Shown here one piece after another: positions 48,808 through 61,382 of a DNA stretch of 64,000 nt. Within the stretch, counting starts at the first letter, position 1; every line of letters begins with the position of its first letter. The translations under genes were made by a program, and so were the position numbers. The DNA comes from Dipteris shenzhenensis (Eukaryota). The stretch lies in NCBI GenBank assembly GCA_047967505.1, contig CM106538.1, one strand, 5' to 3'. The notes beneath the pieces are model-generated. The model did no database searches. It saw only the letters and a list, made by a program, of their open reading frames with translations, and was not told where the DNA came from.

Positions 48808-48930
48808 AGCATGCATACACACATGCGTCTGTGCACATGCACATGCACATGTAAATGCACACGCACACACAACCATATGCACGTGCACGGATGTGCATGC
48901 ATGCGCGCACGTGCATGCATGCATGCACAT
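48808..48930. repeat. Alternating purine-pyrimidine (GCAC/GCAT/ACAC) tract
   Basis: Directly visible. Confidence 0.85.
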
Positions 48931-49943
48931 CTCTTCTGGGACCCTTGATTTCTCAGGGAAATGAATCTCCACTCTACCCTACCATAAATTCCAATAGGGG
49001 AGAAATGGGGTAAAAGAGACCCTTGATAATAGTGGCATGAAAAGGGAACACATGGTCCACCTATGGCCCATTGTATTAATTAATAACTCCTTGTGAGTAA
49101 ATAATACAAGGAACGCATGGTCCACTTATGGCCCTTTTTATAGAATGATGAAAACCAAGCATGCACCATTGATTAAAACATGAAGTGGTGTACGATAGCA
49201 TGTTTTAACTATAAAGTTATGGAGTATTGAGAAATTAAAGAACAAGATAAAGAGGGAGGAAAGGGCATAATGGTCCCTCGGCCCCTTTTTTTAATGGTAT
49301 ATGTATAAAATGGTCCCTTGTATTCTGTTTTAATTTTATACATATATAGAGATTTTCCCTTTGGATAAAATTTGGGGAGATATTGGAAGGAATTGCAAGA
49401 AATACGATGGAGTGGGGAAATCGCAGCATCCTCATGTCTTGGAGGATGTACAGATATGTGGGGGATTGAAGCCTCCCCATTTTACACGTGATGCAGCACA
49501 CCCTTATATTTATCAACTAAGTACAACCCCCTCAGTTGAATGTCCTACTGTGAAGGAAATGGAGCTGCACATGGATCAAGAACTCGTGAGGCATACTGCT
49601 TGAAAAATGAGCTAGACCCACGACCATGCTCTTGACGAGGGAAGCTGCCAAGCATCTCGACATTCTATCCAAGTAAGTCAAGCAAAGCAATTTGTCTCTT
49701 CACTCAGTTTCTACACACCTCCATCAAGCTCGTCTACTTCTTACTCCAGGCACGTATTCACATAGCCCGAACCAGGTCCTCTACTAGTCTCCATGGCTAG
49801 CCAGTGATTAACAGTGTCTTGCTGCCAAGGTTGGGGCTCAACAAGACCCCCCCTCAAAGTATCAATAAGGGGAACGTTGGGACCATGAGTGACGCTGGCA
49901 TGCTCTGGAACAACAACTTTAGGGAGTGTCAATCTGAGGTATT

Positions 49944-50534
49944 AAAACAAGTTGTTTTAATTTCCTTGCAAAGTGTAAGGTGCATCGGATGTCGGATGTT
50001 ACACCGGGAAACAAGAATGCCCATATTTGCATGTGGATGCTATGTATGTGAAGGAAAAATGCACAATGGACATCCACATCTGTATATCCCACCATCGAAT
50101 CAGAACCAAAATTTGCAAGGGTCTTGAAAAAATTGATTTTAATGTCCTTCCAAAGTATCGGATGGATCAGATGCCATATGTGACACTGTGGAACAAGAAT
50201 GCAAATATTCGCACGTGGATGCTACACGATATGAAGGAAAAATGTGCAACGGACACCGACATCCGTATATTCCACCATCGGATCAGCACTAGACTTTGCA
50301 AGGGTTTTAAAACAAGTTGTTTTAATGTCCTTGCAAAGTGTAAGGTGCATTGGATGCTGAATGTGCCACCGGGGAACAAGAATGCTCATATTCGTATGTG
50401 GATGCTATGTATATGAAGGAAACAAGCGCAACGGACACCGACATCCGTATACCACACCGTTAGATCAGCACCAAACTTTGCAAGGGTCTTAAAACAAGTT
50501 TTTTTAATGTCCTTGCAAAGTGTAAGGTGCATTG
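49944..50534. repeat. Diverged tandem repeat, ~182-bp unit, ~3.2 copies
   Basis: AAAACAAGTTGTTTTAATGTCCTTGCAAAGTGTAAGGTGCAT recurs at ~49944, ~50127, ~50308 and ~50491. Confidence 0.9.
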
Positions 50535-51266
<732 letters not shown>

Positions 51267-52388
51267 TCATGTTAGCATTTTGAGATTATCCATGACTTAG
51301 TAGCACTCCTTGTGGCTTACGTAACATGGACACTTTGAGTTGCTACCATTGGTAGACTACACAATAAAATAGTTTGGAGGTGGATGGGATGCAAACATCA
51401 ATAATTGTTGCGATCTGATCAAAGTTTGCAAAAGTGTCAATGATAACTATTGCCAACTCATAAGATCATGGACATAGTGAATCATTTTAGATATAATAAG
51501 ATGTTATTTATACGCACTTTTATATTTCCATAGTCGTAATTTTTTGGAATCTTGCAAAGGCAAAAATTGTAACTACAACTACTCGAAGATGTGTGAAGAT
51601 GATTACCTTGATGGTTTGAACATCTTTGATCGTTGGATTGTGTACAGCTTTTGTGCTTGAATTTATCATCTTTAGGAAATTGCACATATGCTAACCAACA
51701 TATCCAAACATGCAGAACATGAGGAATGCATATTGACTAATCATGATTGTTTTTAAGATTCCAACATTCCAGCAAAGAAATAGGCGACTTCTCGTCGAGC
51801 TGTGGACGTCACAAAGGATACTCCACGTAAGTAGAATGTACGGTCATTTCAATTCTGAAATGTTTCTGCACTGTCTGTTGCTCTGGTCTGCATTAATGCG
51901 CTACACCTCCAACACTAGAGGTGACTATTCGAAACGGGGGGATGGCACGTTCCCCTATGATATATAATTTTTGGAGAGACATGTGCCGGCTCTCCACCAT
52001 ACATTACGTATGGTTTTTTTTTCTTTACACATCTTGAGCACGCACACTTCTTCGCACATCCTGTTTTCGCAAGGGAACATTACATTTGCTTGGTTCGACC
52101 AACATACTAATCATGTCTGCAACACTTCTGTTTTCGAGATGTTTGCAGCCTCCAAACGAGTGTCTTCTCCTAAAGGTACGCACAACAAAATGTATTTGCT
52201 TGATTCAAGTCATTTTATCAATTCTTTCACCTTCTAAAGATAGAGGTTCAGTTCATTTTGTTTTTCCTGTTGCGTTTAGACAAACCACGTGAGTGAAATT
52301 GTAGCAAAGTTTCGGATGGTTTTTATTATTAATCCCTGTAGGTGTTTAAACCCGAACATAAGACATCGATTCATGTCACGATGTAGAA

Positions 52389-55300
52389 ATGACCACCGGA
52401 AACTCCTTCGAACATGACCATTCGTCAACGCTCAGAGCAGCCAGAGGTCGAGCTATTCAACTTGATATAACATCAAGAAAAATGTCCTTGAGGCCAGCTA
52501 CGTCATCGTGGTTGACCATCGCAGATACATACAAGCAATGGGTTAGTAATTACGCGGCTATTTTCTCTAGCCTTCAAATCTGCGGTGTCTGTGGCATAAC
52601 CACGCTACTGTCTGCAAACCAAAGGATCGTTTCTTCGCAAGGCATAGGCATCTCGAGCCACAGCGCCGCACTCGGAAACATGATACTTTTGGATGCCTGC
52701 GAGAATATGGGCATGCAAGTGACTTATTGAAAATGCCAAAGCTACACACGAGATGCCCAGCGGAGCAGATACATTGTGCGGTTGATGCCACAGTACTCTC
52801 GGTAGTTGCTTAAAACAAACCACCTCCACACGCAACTGCTAAGCATCATAGATATATCCATTTCAGTTACCACGACTGCAAATGTGATTGCTCGTGGCAC
52901 ACTCAATCGAAGGTCACTCCTAGACAATCCTCTGATATCTTGGCGAAACGTCCCACTAAGCTCGGCTCAAGAAATCGTGACGAACGAGCTGTCAGGTGTG
53001 CTCGCATACAACATCAAGAACAATCCAATATTGCGCAAGTACAATTCTTTAGCAGAGCGTGCGGACATCAAGATGGTATGTGCATCTTGAGTCCTGAAAC
53101 CATTGCAGGTATCTTGGAACTACACGATGAGACAGCTCCCTTCGAGTTAATGTCAATAGCGGAATCTCAGTCTGAGCTCCTGCTTTTGCAAAACATGGTG
53201 GAACCCGCGAACTGTCGCGCCTTTGATGCAAGGGACAAGCATGAGTTTGCCTCCATACAGCTACGGGGTACAGAAATGCTTTCAGAGAGGGTCGCTTCAT
53301 TCCACGTCGACGGAGTAGCAGCAGCTGGCAGTGCATGCGTTGACATAACCATGGAGTTAGCAGTGTTCCCCTTCCTATTCCCTTTCGGACGGGGCTACTA
53401 TGATGGCTGCATACAGTTCAGCAACTATGTGAAAATGAGAATATGCACCTTATTCTCTATCTACACGCTCTACAAGCCGTACTTGTTGATCATGTTCCAG
53501 TTAAAATAGGCAGTGATGATTGCCAATTCAAGCAACTCTACATGCTTGCAACGAGACATCGACCAATATAGGAAAGCCAACCCTGCCACGACCGATGAAG
53601 ACGCAATGAGACACGTGCTTCGCTACAGCATGCCATCAACAATGCCGGGGTCCCCATCGTGGCATCGACGGCAACTGAAGGACCTCATAACGATGGTCGA
53701 TGCTTGGGGCCTCCCAGATTTCTTTCTGACATTCACTGCAGACGAGGTCACCGATACACGGTGGCAAGAAATTAATGTGATCGAGAGCATCGCAACACAT
53801 TATAATGCGCAATTCACTTGGAAGGACTGTCTTGTTGAATGCGTGGCACTTTTCCACGCACGCTTCCACATGTTCATGCACAAGCATTTGCTTTCATCCG
53901 ATGGTCTGCTTGGCCGAATACAACACCATGTCGTTCGTTATGAGATACAAAACAGGGGCTCCCTACACGCCCATGTCATATTGTGGGTCCACCATGATGA
54001 CCGTCAGCGAATTGCAAATGAGATTGGGGCTTACGTCCCCAGGGACAAGGCCCTAGATCCTCGAAACACAAGGCTGCGAGAGCTAGTTCTCAGGAAGCAG
54101 TTGCACGTATGCAGGAAAGCGTGCTACGTCGGACCGTCACACCACAGTTGCAAGCACGGCTTCCCTTTCGCAACACAGCCAGAATATGAACCCATCCTCG
54201 ACCCTCTGACACAACGTTGGTTGTATTACCGGCCAGGACATGAGCACCGAAACGTCATCCCTTACCACCCTTCCGTGTTACTGTTGTGGGGTGCACACAT
54301 GAACATACAGCGGGTGACAAACTCTTCAATCTCTCACTACCTCCTCAAGTACGCGATGAAATCTGAACCAATGGGCAAACTGAACATCCGTTCAGAAGAA
54401 GCCTCGCGTTTGGGGTTGCAACATCTCGACGAAGTAAAGCTGAAACTCATCGCCGCAAGCCTCCTATCAAAACCAACCTCTCCAACAGAGGCCGTGCTAA
54501 ACTGCATGCAGATACCAACAATCACAAGGAGCGAGACCGTTCACTATGTCGACTCCTCGCCACCATCTCTAAGACAACACATCATCTCGTGAAACAACAA
54601 CGTCACCCTGCACCCGGTCGACATATACTGCGGGAGATCGAGCGTCATCGAGGATAGCACGTTCTACGATTACCATAGGCAATATGTGATCCGAAAGCCC
54701 AAGGAAACGCAATGTGGAACGGTCGGTCTTGACCTCTTAGGCAACAGGATCGCAAAATGTAAGCGAGTAGTCAAATTCACTGACTACCACCCTGGACATC
54801 AACCAGAGGGGTACTTCTACAACGTGATCTTGCGAAAACTCAGCTTCAGGAATGAAATGGAGCTCATATCACCTGCCAACACAGCTGGATCCTACTTTGT
54901 CGAATGCCAAATGCGCGGCCTCATATTGAGCAATGAGGACCTCGAAATGTATGTGACCGAATACACGCAAAGGAACTTGCTAGCGACTGACCACACAGAC
55001 TAGTTGATCAATATGATATTGCAAAAGGTTGCGATCATCTGAGACTGCCCGATGGAAGTGCCTAACATCGACCAGCAAACCGTCGAAGGGCCAACATGCG
55101 TGAGGATGTTGGAAAAAATGGCCGAGTTTCGCACCGTCGCCAATGCCGCATTGACAGTAGAACAACAAAGAGTCTTCAAAAGCCTAGCTTCAACAAGCTC
55201 GGGGCTGCACGTTGTCTATGGAACACCAGGTAGCGGCAAAAGCTTCTTGATACGGTACTATGTTTCGCATCTGGTAGCGCAAAACAAAACGGCAATACTC

Positions 55301-56452
55301 TGTGCATCAACAGGGGCGGCTGCGACGCGGCTGAGTGGGATTGCAACCACTGTACACTACCAATTCAAGATCCCTGTGTGCAGCAGTCAGTACCCACTGA
55401 ACATTTATGAGACGGATGAGCGACACCTTGCGATCAAGGAAGCCAACGCGATCATCATTGACGAGATGTCCATGCTAACAAGGATGACTTTCGATCTCGT
55501 GGTAAGACAAATCATCAATGTCACTAATGGCACATTGCATGAGCCATTCAGACACAAAATGCTCATAATTTTTGGTGACCTGGCGCAATTACCGCCAGTC
55601 TGCAAACACCGCGAGGATCTCTGCGAGCCGTGCCACATCACGTCCTCCGCGCACTGGGCTCAAGCGAAAATGTACCACATGCAATTCTCGGTGCGACATG
55701 CACGAGACATGCCGTTCCTGGCATTCTTGCATACCATAAGCCTCAGGACGCCCACAACTGACGAGATTTTCGACTGTTTGGGACAGTGCATTGTCGACAA
55801 GGAAGGTGCATGCCACTTCATCGATGTCGAAACAACCATCATTTGCATGCACAGAGTCGATGTCGCTACCTTCAACGATGAGCTTGTGGAGAAATTCAAC
55901 ACTCCCAAGATGATTGTGCATGTTCAAATACACAGTAACGCCACAAGCGAACCAGCTCTCAAAGAATGGTTGGAGGACAAAAGCTTCAACGAGATAGGAA
56001 AAATTTGTGTGGGGGCGAAGGCAATGATAACGGAAAACATCGACCTCGCAATAGGTGCTGCAAATGGAGCAATGTGCAAAATCAAGAGCATCAATACAAC
56101 TAGCAGGGGAGAAATCAACGGTATCATTGTCGTCGTGGACACAACAGCGGCCGTGCTCACATTACGACGCTCGAAGCATCAGCGAAAGGCAATAAATGGA
56201 AAATGGTTCCACAAGTCCACATTTCCACTAACCCTACCATACGCTATCACGGGACACAAATCCCAAGACGCAACCATATCCAACAAAGCGCTGCTCATAT
56301 TTCGAGGAGTGTTTGCCCCTGGCCTAGCATACGTGATGTTGTCCAGAGTGACTGAGAGAACGAGGCTGCGCATACTACATTGCCCACATCCAGACATATT
56401 TAGACCAATTCCACGAGAGTTCTCACAGCCAACAACACAACCACGCGCATAA
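52389..56452 (+). mobile_element. Helitron-like RepHel (HUH Rep + Pif1-like SF1 helicase), inactivated by ~6 stops and 1 frameshift
   Basis: FPFLFPFGRG; PDFFLTFT (motif 1); YEIQNRGSLHAHVILW (HUH); YLLKYAMK (catalytic Tyr); GTPGSGKS, IIIDEMSM, FGDLAQLPPV, FPLTLPYAITGHKSQ, LAYVMLSRV. ORFs starting at 52940, 53513, 54686 and 55052 share one frame. Confidence 0.95.
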
Positions 56453-56562
56453 AGGTATTCACTACCAGAGATTGAAAAAGGTAGAGACAAGTCATGAATA
56501 TGTTACGTCAAACATGCGTGCAAGGAAAATGGTTTTAATATCTTGTCTGTTGTCGAGAACAG

Positions 56563-57404
56563 GTGCAGAGAATCAGAAAGCTCGGGACATTGCAGCATAA
56601 GACATGGACGCAGACAAGGTAAATTCCACCAGCATGAAAGAATCTTTTTTTCTTGAAGATTTAAAAAGACAACTCATTTGAAAAGACGGTGTAATAAGTC
56701 GTGCCTGCAAGCAGCTATTTGAGCTATACAAAAGCAACGCGAAGGCAACAAAACCTCCACCAGCAAAGAGGAGGTTCTTCCTAACCACAAAGCAATTCCG
56801 GCTAGCAAACAATGCAGGAGAACGTCCGGGAGCTTACATCAACGGCTTCAACACGTATGCGGAACTACGCGACTTCATTGACAACTGCAATAGGCGTTTG
56901 CCAGCTAAAAGAGAGCCGAGAGGCTTGAGATTCGCAAATGGTACGTAATGCTTCCGAAAATAAAAAAAAACCGCAACAATTGAGAAAAAGAATTAACGAG
57001 TTGCAAGAACAACAAACTCATCATGGATTGCACTTCTCCTGCAGGACTCCTCAAAGAGATCCTTGTCGAGCTTGACATTGAGTTCGATGAGACCGATAGG
57101 ATGATGGAAAGTTTGGAGGGGCAGAAGCTACTAGACACGAAGATGAAAGGGATCACAGCGTATGCGTGCAAGATGCTGCATTACGGGTACAACGTATCCT
57201 TGGAGTTGTTGAGGGACACGACGCGCGCGATCAAGGAACGGCTATACTCGAACAATTCATGGAACAATTTGGAGGGACGCACGATGCGACGCACCCGGTG
57301 ACGACAATGGAGAAGCTTACGTATATTTTTGACAGGGACTTATACGAGGAGCGCTTCGGTATTGGAAATGATCCTTTAACGCCAACAAAGAAAAACCAGG
57401 GCAA
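56563..57404 (+). pseudogene. Two predicted exons (56563-56940, 57045-57404) of an unknown protein upstream of the GIY-YIG exon
   Basis: CAG acceptors, GTACGT/GTAAAT donors, AT-rich ~90-105 nt introns and compatible phases; two stops and a frameshift inside. Confidence 0.55.
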
Positions 57405-57493
57405 GTAAATAAATGCATTCTATTATGGACGTCAAACGAAAAAAAAAAGACCGAAAACCTCGATGACTAACGTAATTGTCAATGTTTACGCAG

Positions 57494-57893
57494 GTACGAC
57501 ATTGAAAGACGCGAGCCTCCAGATGAAGGAGGAGCCTCCACTGAAGCGCCCGTGCAAGGGAATCGTGCGAGCCTCATCGTCTACTACATCACGTGCAAGC
57601 CCAACAACAGAAAATACATAGGGAGCACGACGAACCTACCGCGCAGGATCAAACAGCACAATAAAAAACCACCGACGAAAATGAAAGAGGACTTGCAACG
57701 TTACAAGCCCTTCAAAGAAAATTTCGAGATCAAAGTTTTGGAAACAACAGACACTGTAGACAAAGCACGAACTTTAGAGCAGTACTACATAAGGAGCCAC
57801 AACACAGTAGGTCCATTAGGTTATAACACGCTCGAGGGCCATCCGGCTAGAGCACGGAAGTACTATTTCCTAAAGCGTAGGAACATAATTTGA
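57494..57893 (+). CDS. GIY-YIG endonuclease domain (terminal exon)
   Basis: IVYYITCKPNNRKYIGSTTNLPRRIKQHN...ARTLEQYYI...GYN carries the GIY/YIG, Arg, Glu and Asn motifs. CGCAG acceptor at 57489-57493 with an open frame to TGA. Confidence 0.88.
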
Positions 57894-58327
57894 CCCAAAA
57901 AATAAACATTTGTGCCTTCGAAAAAAGGGATCCAATGAAGTTGCAAATGGTGCTCGAACTTTTGTCATACATGCAATGCAGCTTTGGGTTTGGATTATTC
58001 CTGTCACAGTTGCATGCTTCTCTCTCAATTTGGTTTTGATTTATTATTTATACATTTCTGAAATACATCTCCTCGTCATTCGCTCGAAGTGGAATGACAA
58101 TAGATTTGCTTACAGTGCAAAGAATAGGAATTTGTCTTCCTCCGAAAAAAATAAAAACTAAGTTTTACTGTCGACATGAACAACATCAAGTGCAAGCAGG
58201 ACTGGATGATAACGAAATCTCTACAAAAGGTTGCATGCAATTGAACATCAATCTTCTGCATCATTTCTGACAACGTGACTCATGTGAACCTCAACAAGAT
58301 AGCAAAAGAGAGAAGTATTCATCAAGA

Positions 58328-58350
58328 GCCCAGCTGGCCAAGCAATCTAG
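58328..58350 (+). other. Candidate Helitron 3' terminus (decayed hairpin + CTAG|T)
   Basis: GCCCAGC-TG-GCCAAGC-AAT-CTAG-T. Confidence 0.45.
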
Positions 58351-61300
58351 TTAAGCTAAATTTGTGTGTGTGTCTCCCACCGACCTCATTCCCAAAGGTC
58401 CAACACATAATCCAAGTGAGGGCAGCAGTCCACCCATCATAATGGATTGAGTTGGACTACTACCCTAGATAAAATCAGATGAAAATAACACATAAAGGTA
58501 ATTTCATAAACCAAACATGTTCTACCCTTATTAGAAAGAACTCAAATGGGCTTGAGACTACCCATTATACTTGGTAGAGAAAAATTCTAGTTATAGGTCT
58601 TAAACTCCAATATAGAATGTATCAAAAATCCCGTAGAGGCTAAAAAGGCTGCAATAGTAAAGGTATAAGAGTTGTAGAATGTATCAAGTGAAGTTTCTTC
58701 AACTAGTTGGTCGAGGCCATGAGTAAAGATGACTTTGGATGCTCCCATATTTCTTCTGAGTCCATGTGTACTATGACTTCGTGGACCTTTCCGATAGCCT
58801 GGCATACTAATGAGGGAGCGGTAATGGATTGTCATAGCCAAGTATGGTGAGGTCCTCGAACCAGTAAGGGACCTATAGGAGAATAAAAAAATTTTCTAGG
58901 TTAGGATATTTGACATCCAAACAAACTTGCAAGGGTGGTTGTTACTTATTACTTCATGAATCTACATCTCTACTATTCCACATTCTTAGTCAAAGCTTTG
59001 GAAAGCCCCTGGTAGCCATTGCTTCATCAAAACTATTTTGTAGTTATGTTGTACTTACTTAAAAGTGTAGCAAAGAGAATCACCAAGCAAAGAGAAATGC
59101 ATTTGCTTACTCTAGCTTCCTTTTAAAAAATGAGAATCAAAGAGAGTAGTTTCTCGTCAATTTTTGCAATGGTAAAAACCATCTTTTATTTCTAAATTAA
59201 GCCAGCTTCAAAATAGTTCATATTCCAATTTTCACTGCAAACAGATACATTTATGTAAATATGCATAATAGGGTCGAGAGTACTATATCTCTCATCATAA
59301 GTCCCTCAAATATATTCTTTACAGTCGCCAACATCCTTTTTCGTAGTATCACAAAGACTCCACTTGCAAACCCACAGAAAGGTGTGCCAACTCACCTGGC
59401 ACCATCACAACAAAAATGAAAGCTAGAACATTACTTTTTTGCTATGGAAGCCAGGCTTCAATGCTGACACACAATTGTTATCTATGTCACTCTATCTAGA
59501 TTAGCAATAATAAAATCTTGGCATATTCTAATATTGCAAAAGTAACCACAGCTTGGCATGATGAAAGGCTTATAAAATACTAGAAAAAATCCCAAGGGAA
59601 TATAAGGAAACCCTAAAGCTAAGGGATCTTCATCAATTTGCCAAAGGAAGTCCGTTTTCTACTTAGTGAAGAAATATTTTTAAAAATATTACTTATAGAA
59701 TCCATAACAGAATCCTCGATATAAAGAACTTAAGAATCAATCTATTTGTTATTAATTGCAAAATTTCCTAGGAAATATCCTATCAATAGCCCCTCTGTTT
59801 TCTCTTTTCTATGGCATTGTTTGTATGATGAGGCTCATGTAGCACTGTGAGGAGGCTATCGTAGTTGCTATTGTAAAAGGTAGTTGTAGAGCTTGTAGAT
59901 GCTTCAGTTGGAGTTGGGTGAAGGCATTGTGTAGGCGTCTTGGGCTACGCCTCAGGAGAAGGAGCTTGAAGTCCTTGTTGCTTGCTCCTTGCTAGAGGCT
60001 ATCTATGCTTTGGTCACTCTATTAAGCCCTCCAATGATACTCTCTCAAGAAGGTAACTCTCACATGGAAACCTGTGAACCTTTGAAACTTTGAAACTTAG
60101 AAATATGGGAAGAGATATAGAGACCTCACAAAAAAGAACTCCTAAAATCCTCCTATAGAGATGTTAAAGAAACCCTCTAACCTTCTAAACACCATAACTT
60201 GAGCTCCAGATATCAGATCTGGGAGCTTTCTGTAGCAAATCAAAGAGGAGAAGGAGATTTACAATGAGAGCTAGAGAAGATGCCTCAAACAAAGGGCTTG
60301 TCGCCTTACAACAAGGGGTCATTTCTCTCTGACGAAAATCTCTCTCAATGAAAGATGCCTCACGGAAGGAGGGCTTGATGGCTTGACACTCATGAAGGGA
60401 GTGGGAGCACCTGGTGCTTTGATACAATGATAGCAGAAGTGAGAGAGGGATAGAGAGAGGAGTGTACATGATGTAGCTACCTGTACACTAGTTGTATTGA
60501 ACATGAACATGAAGATATACATGTGAACCCCTTAGGATTAGGGTTAGGGTTAGGTTTGCTTGCCCCTATGCCCTAGAGGTATGGTGGAATTTACACCATC
60601 CTCAACAGACTCGAGGATCATGATTGGATCAAATTTAGTAAGGGATATAAGCTCTCCCCCTATACTAATTTTAAATTCATGTTTTAAAGCCATTCTAACC
60701 AGTCTTAAGGGAGGCAATCCCTATGCTACAGAGATTGGTGACATTGTTAGGATCAGGGTTTGGTGACTTTGGTAGGATTATATTTTTGCAAAACTATCCT
60801 CATAACCTTTAGAATCCCTCTCGGGAATTTATTTCATTTTCTTTGACGAGGGACAAGTTTTCATAAGAGCCATGGAGATTTATGTTTTCCCATGAAGGTT
60901 GCACTGTGCTCTTTATCCAGGTTTCCTTTGGCAAAATGTAGGGCTATCACTTTTAGGAGGGAAGGAAGTATAAAGATGCCATTAATGTCCTAATCAGGTG
61001 CTACAGACCTCAATGGCCTATGGTATCCTAATTAGGTACTACATACCTCATGGATCTAATTAGGTACTACAGGCTAATGACTTTTTATAGGCTTTTTACT
61101 TATATAGCACACAATAGTTACAAACCCTTACCGTCTCATGCCAAGTGGTGGAGTCATCGTGGAACCGTCCCAAATTCTCATCCAATCTCCCGTAGTGAGT
61201 GATTGTGGGAGGACTTCATTCTAAGAGGCAACATATCTAGGATGATCAGGTGGGAGAAATCGATGGTGATTCTAATAGATGAACTTATTCAATGCATCTG

Positions 61301-61382
61301 CCCGTGAGGCAACTAGCGAAGGACCACAAATAGGACATGCATGGTAACCCGATGTAGTGAGACTTGAACAATAGATGCAGTG

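Noticed and set aside
48746-48972. His/Cys/Ala-rich ORFs on both strands
   Set aside because: Translation of an alternating purine-pyrimidine repeat.
57552-57893. GIY-YIG as a Penelope-like element or intron homing endonuclease
   Set aside because: No adjacent RT or group I intron context seen; it has a spliceosomal-type acceptor linked to upstream exons.
58351-61380. Probable LTR-derived sequence
   Set aside because: No recognisable domains or paired termini; left unannotated.
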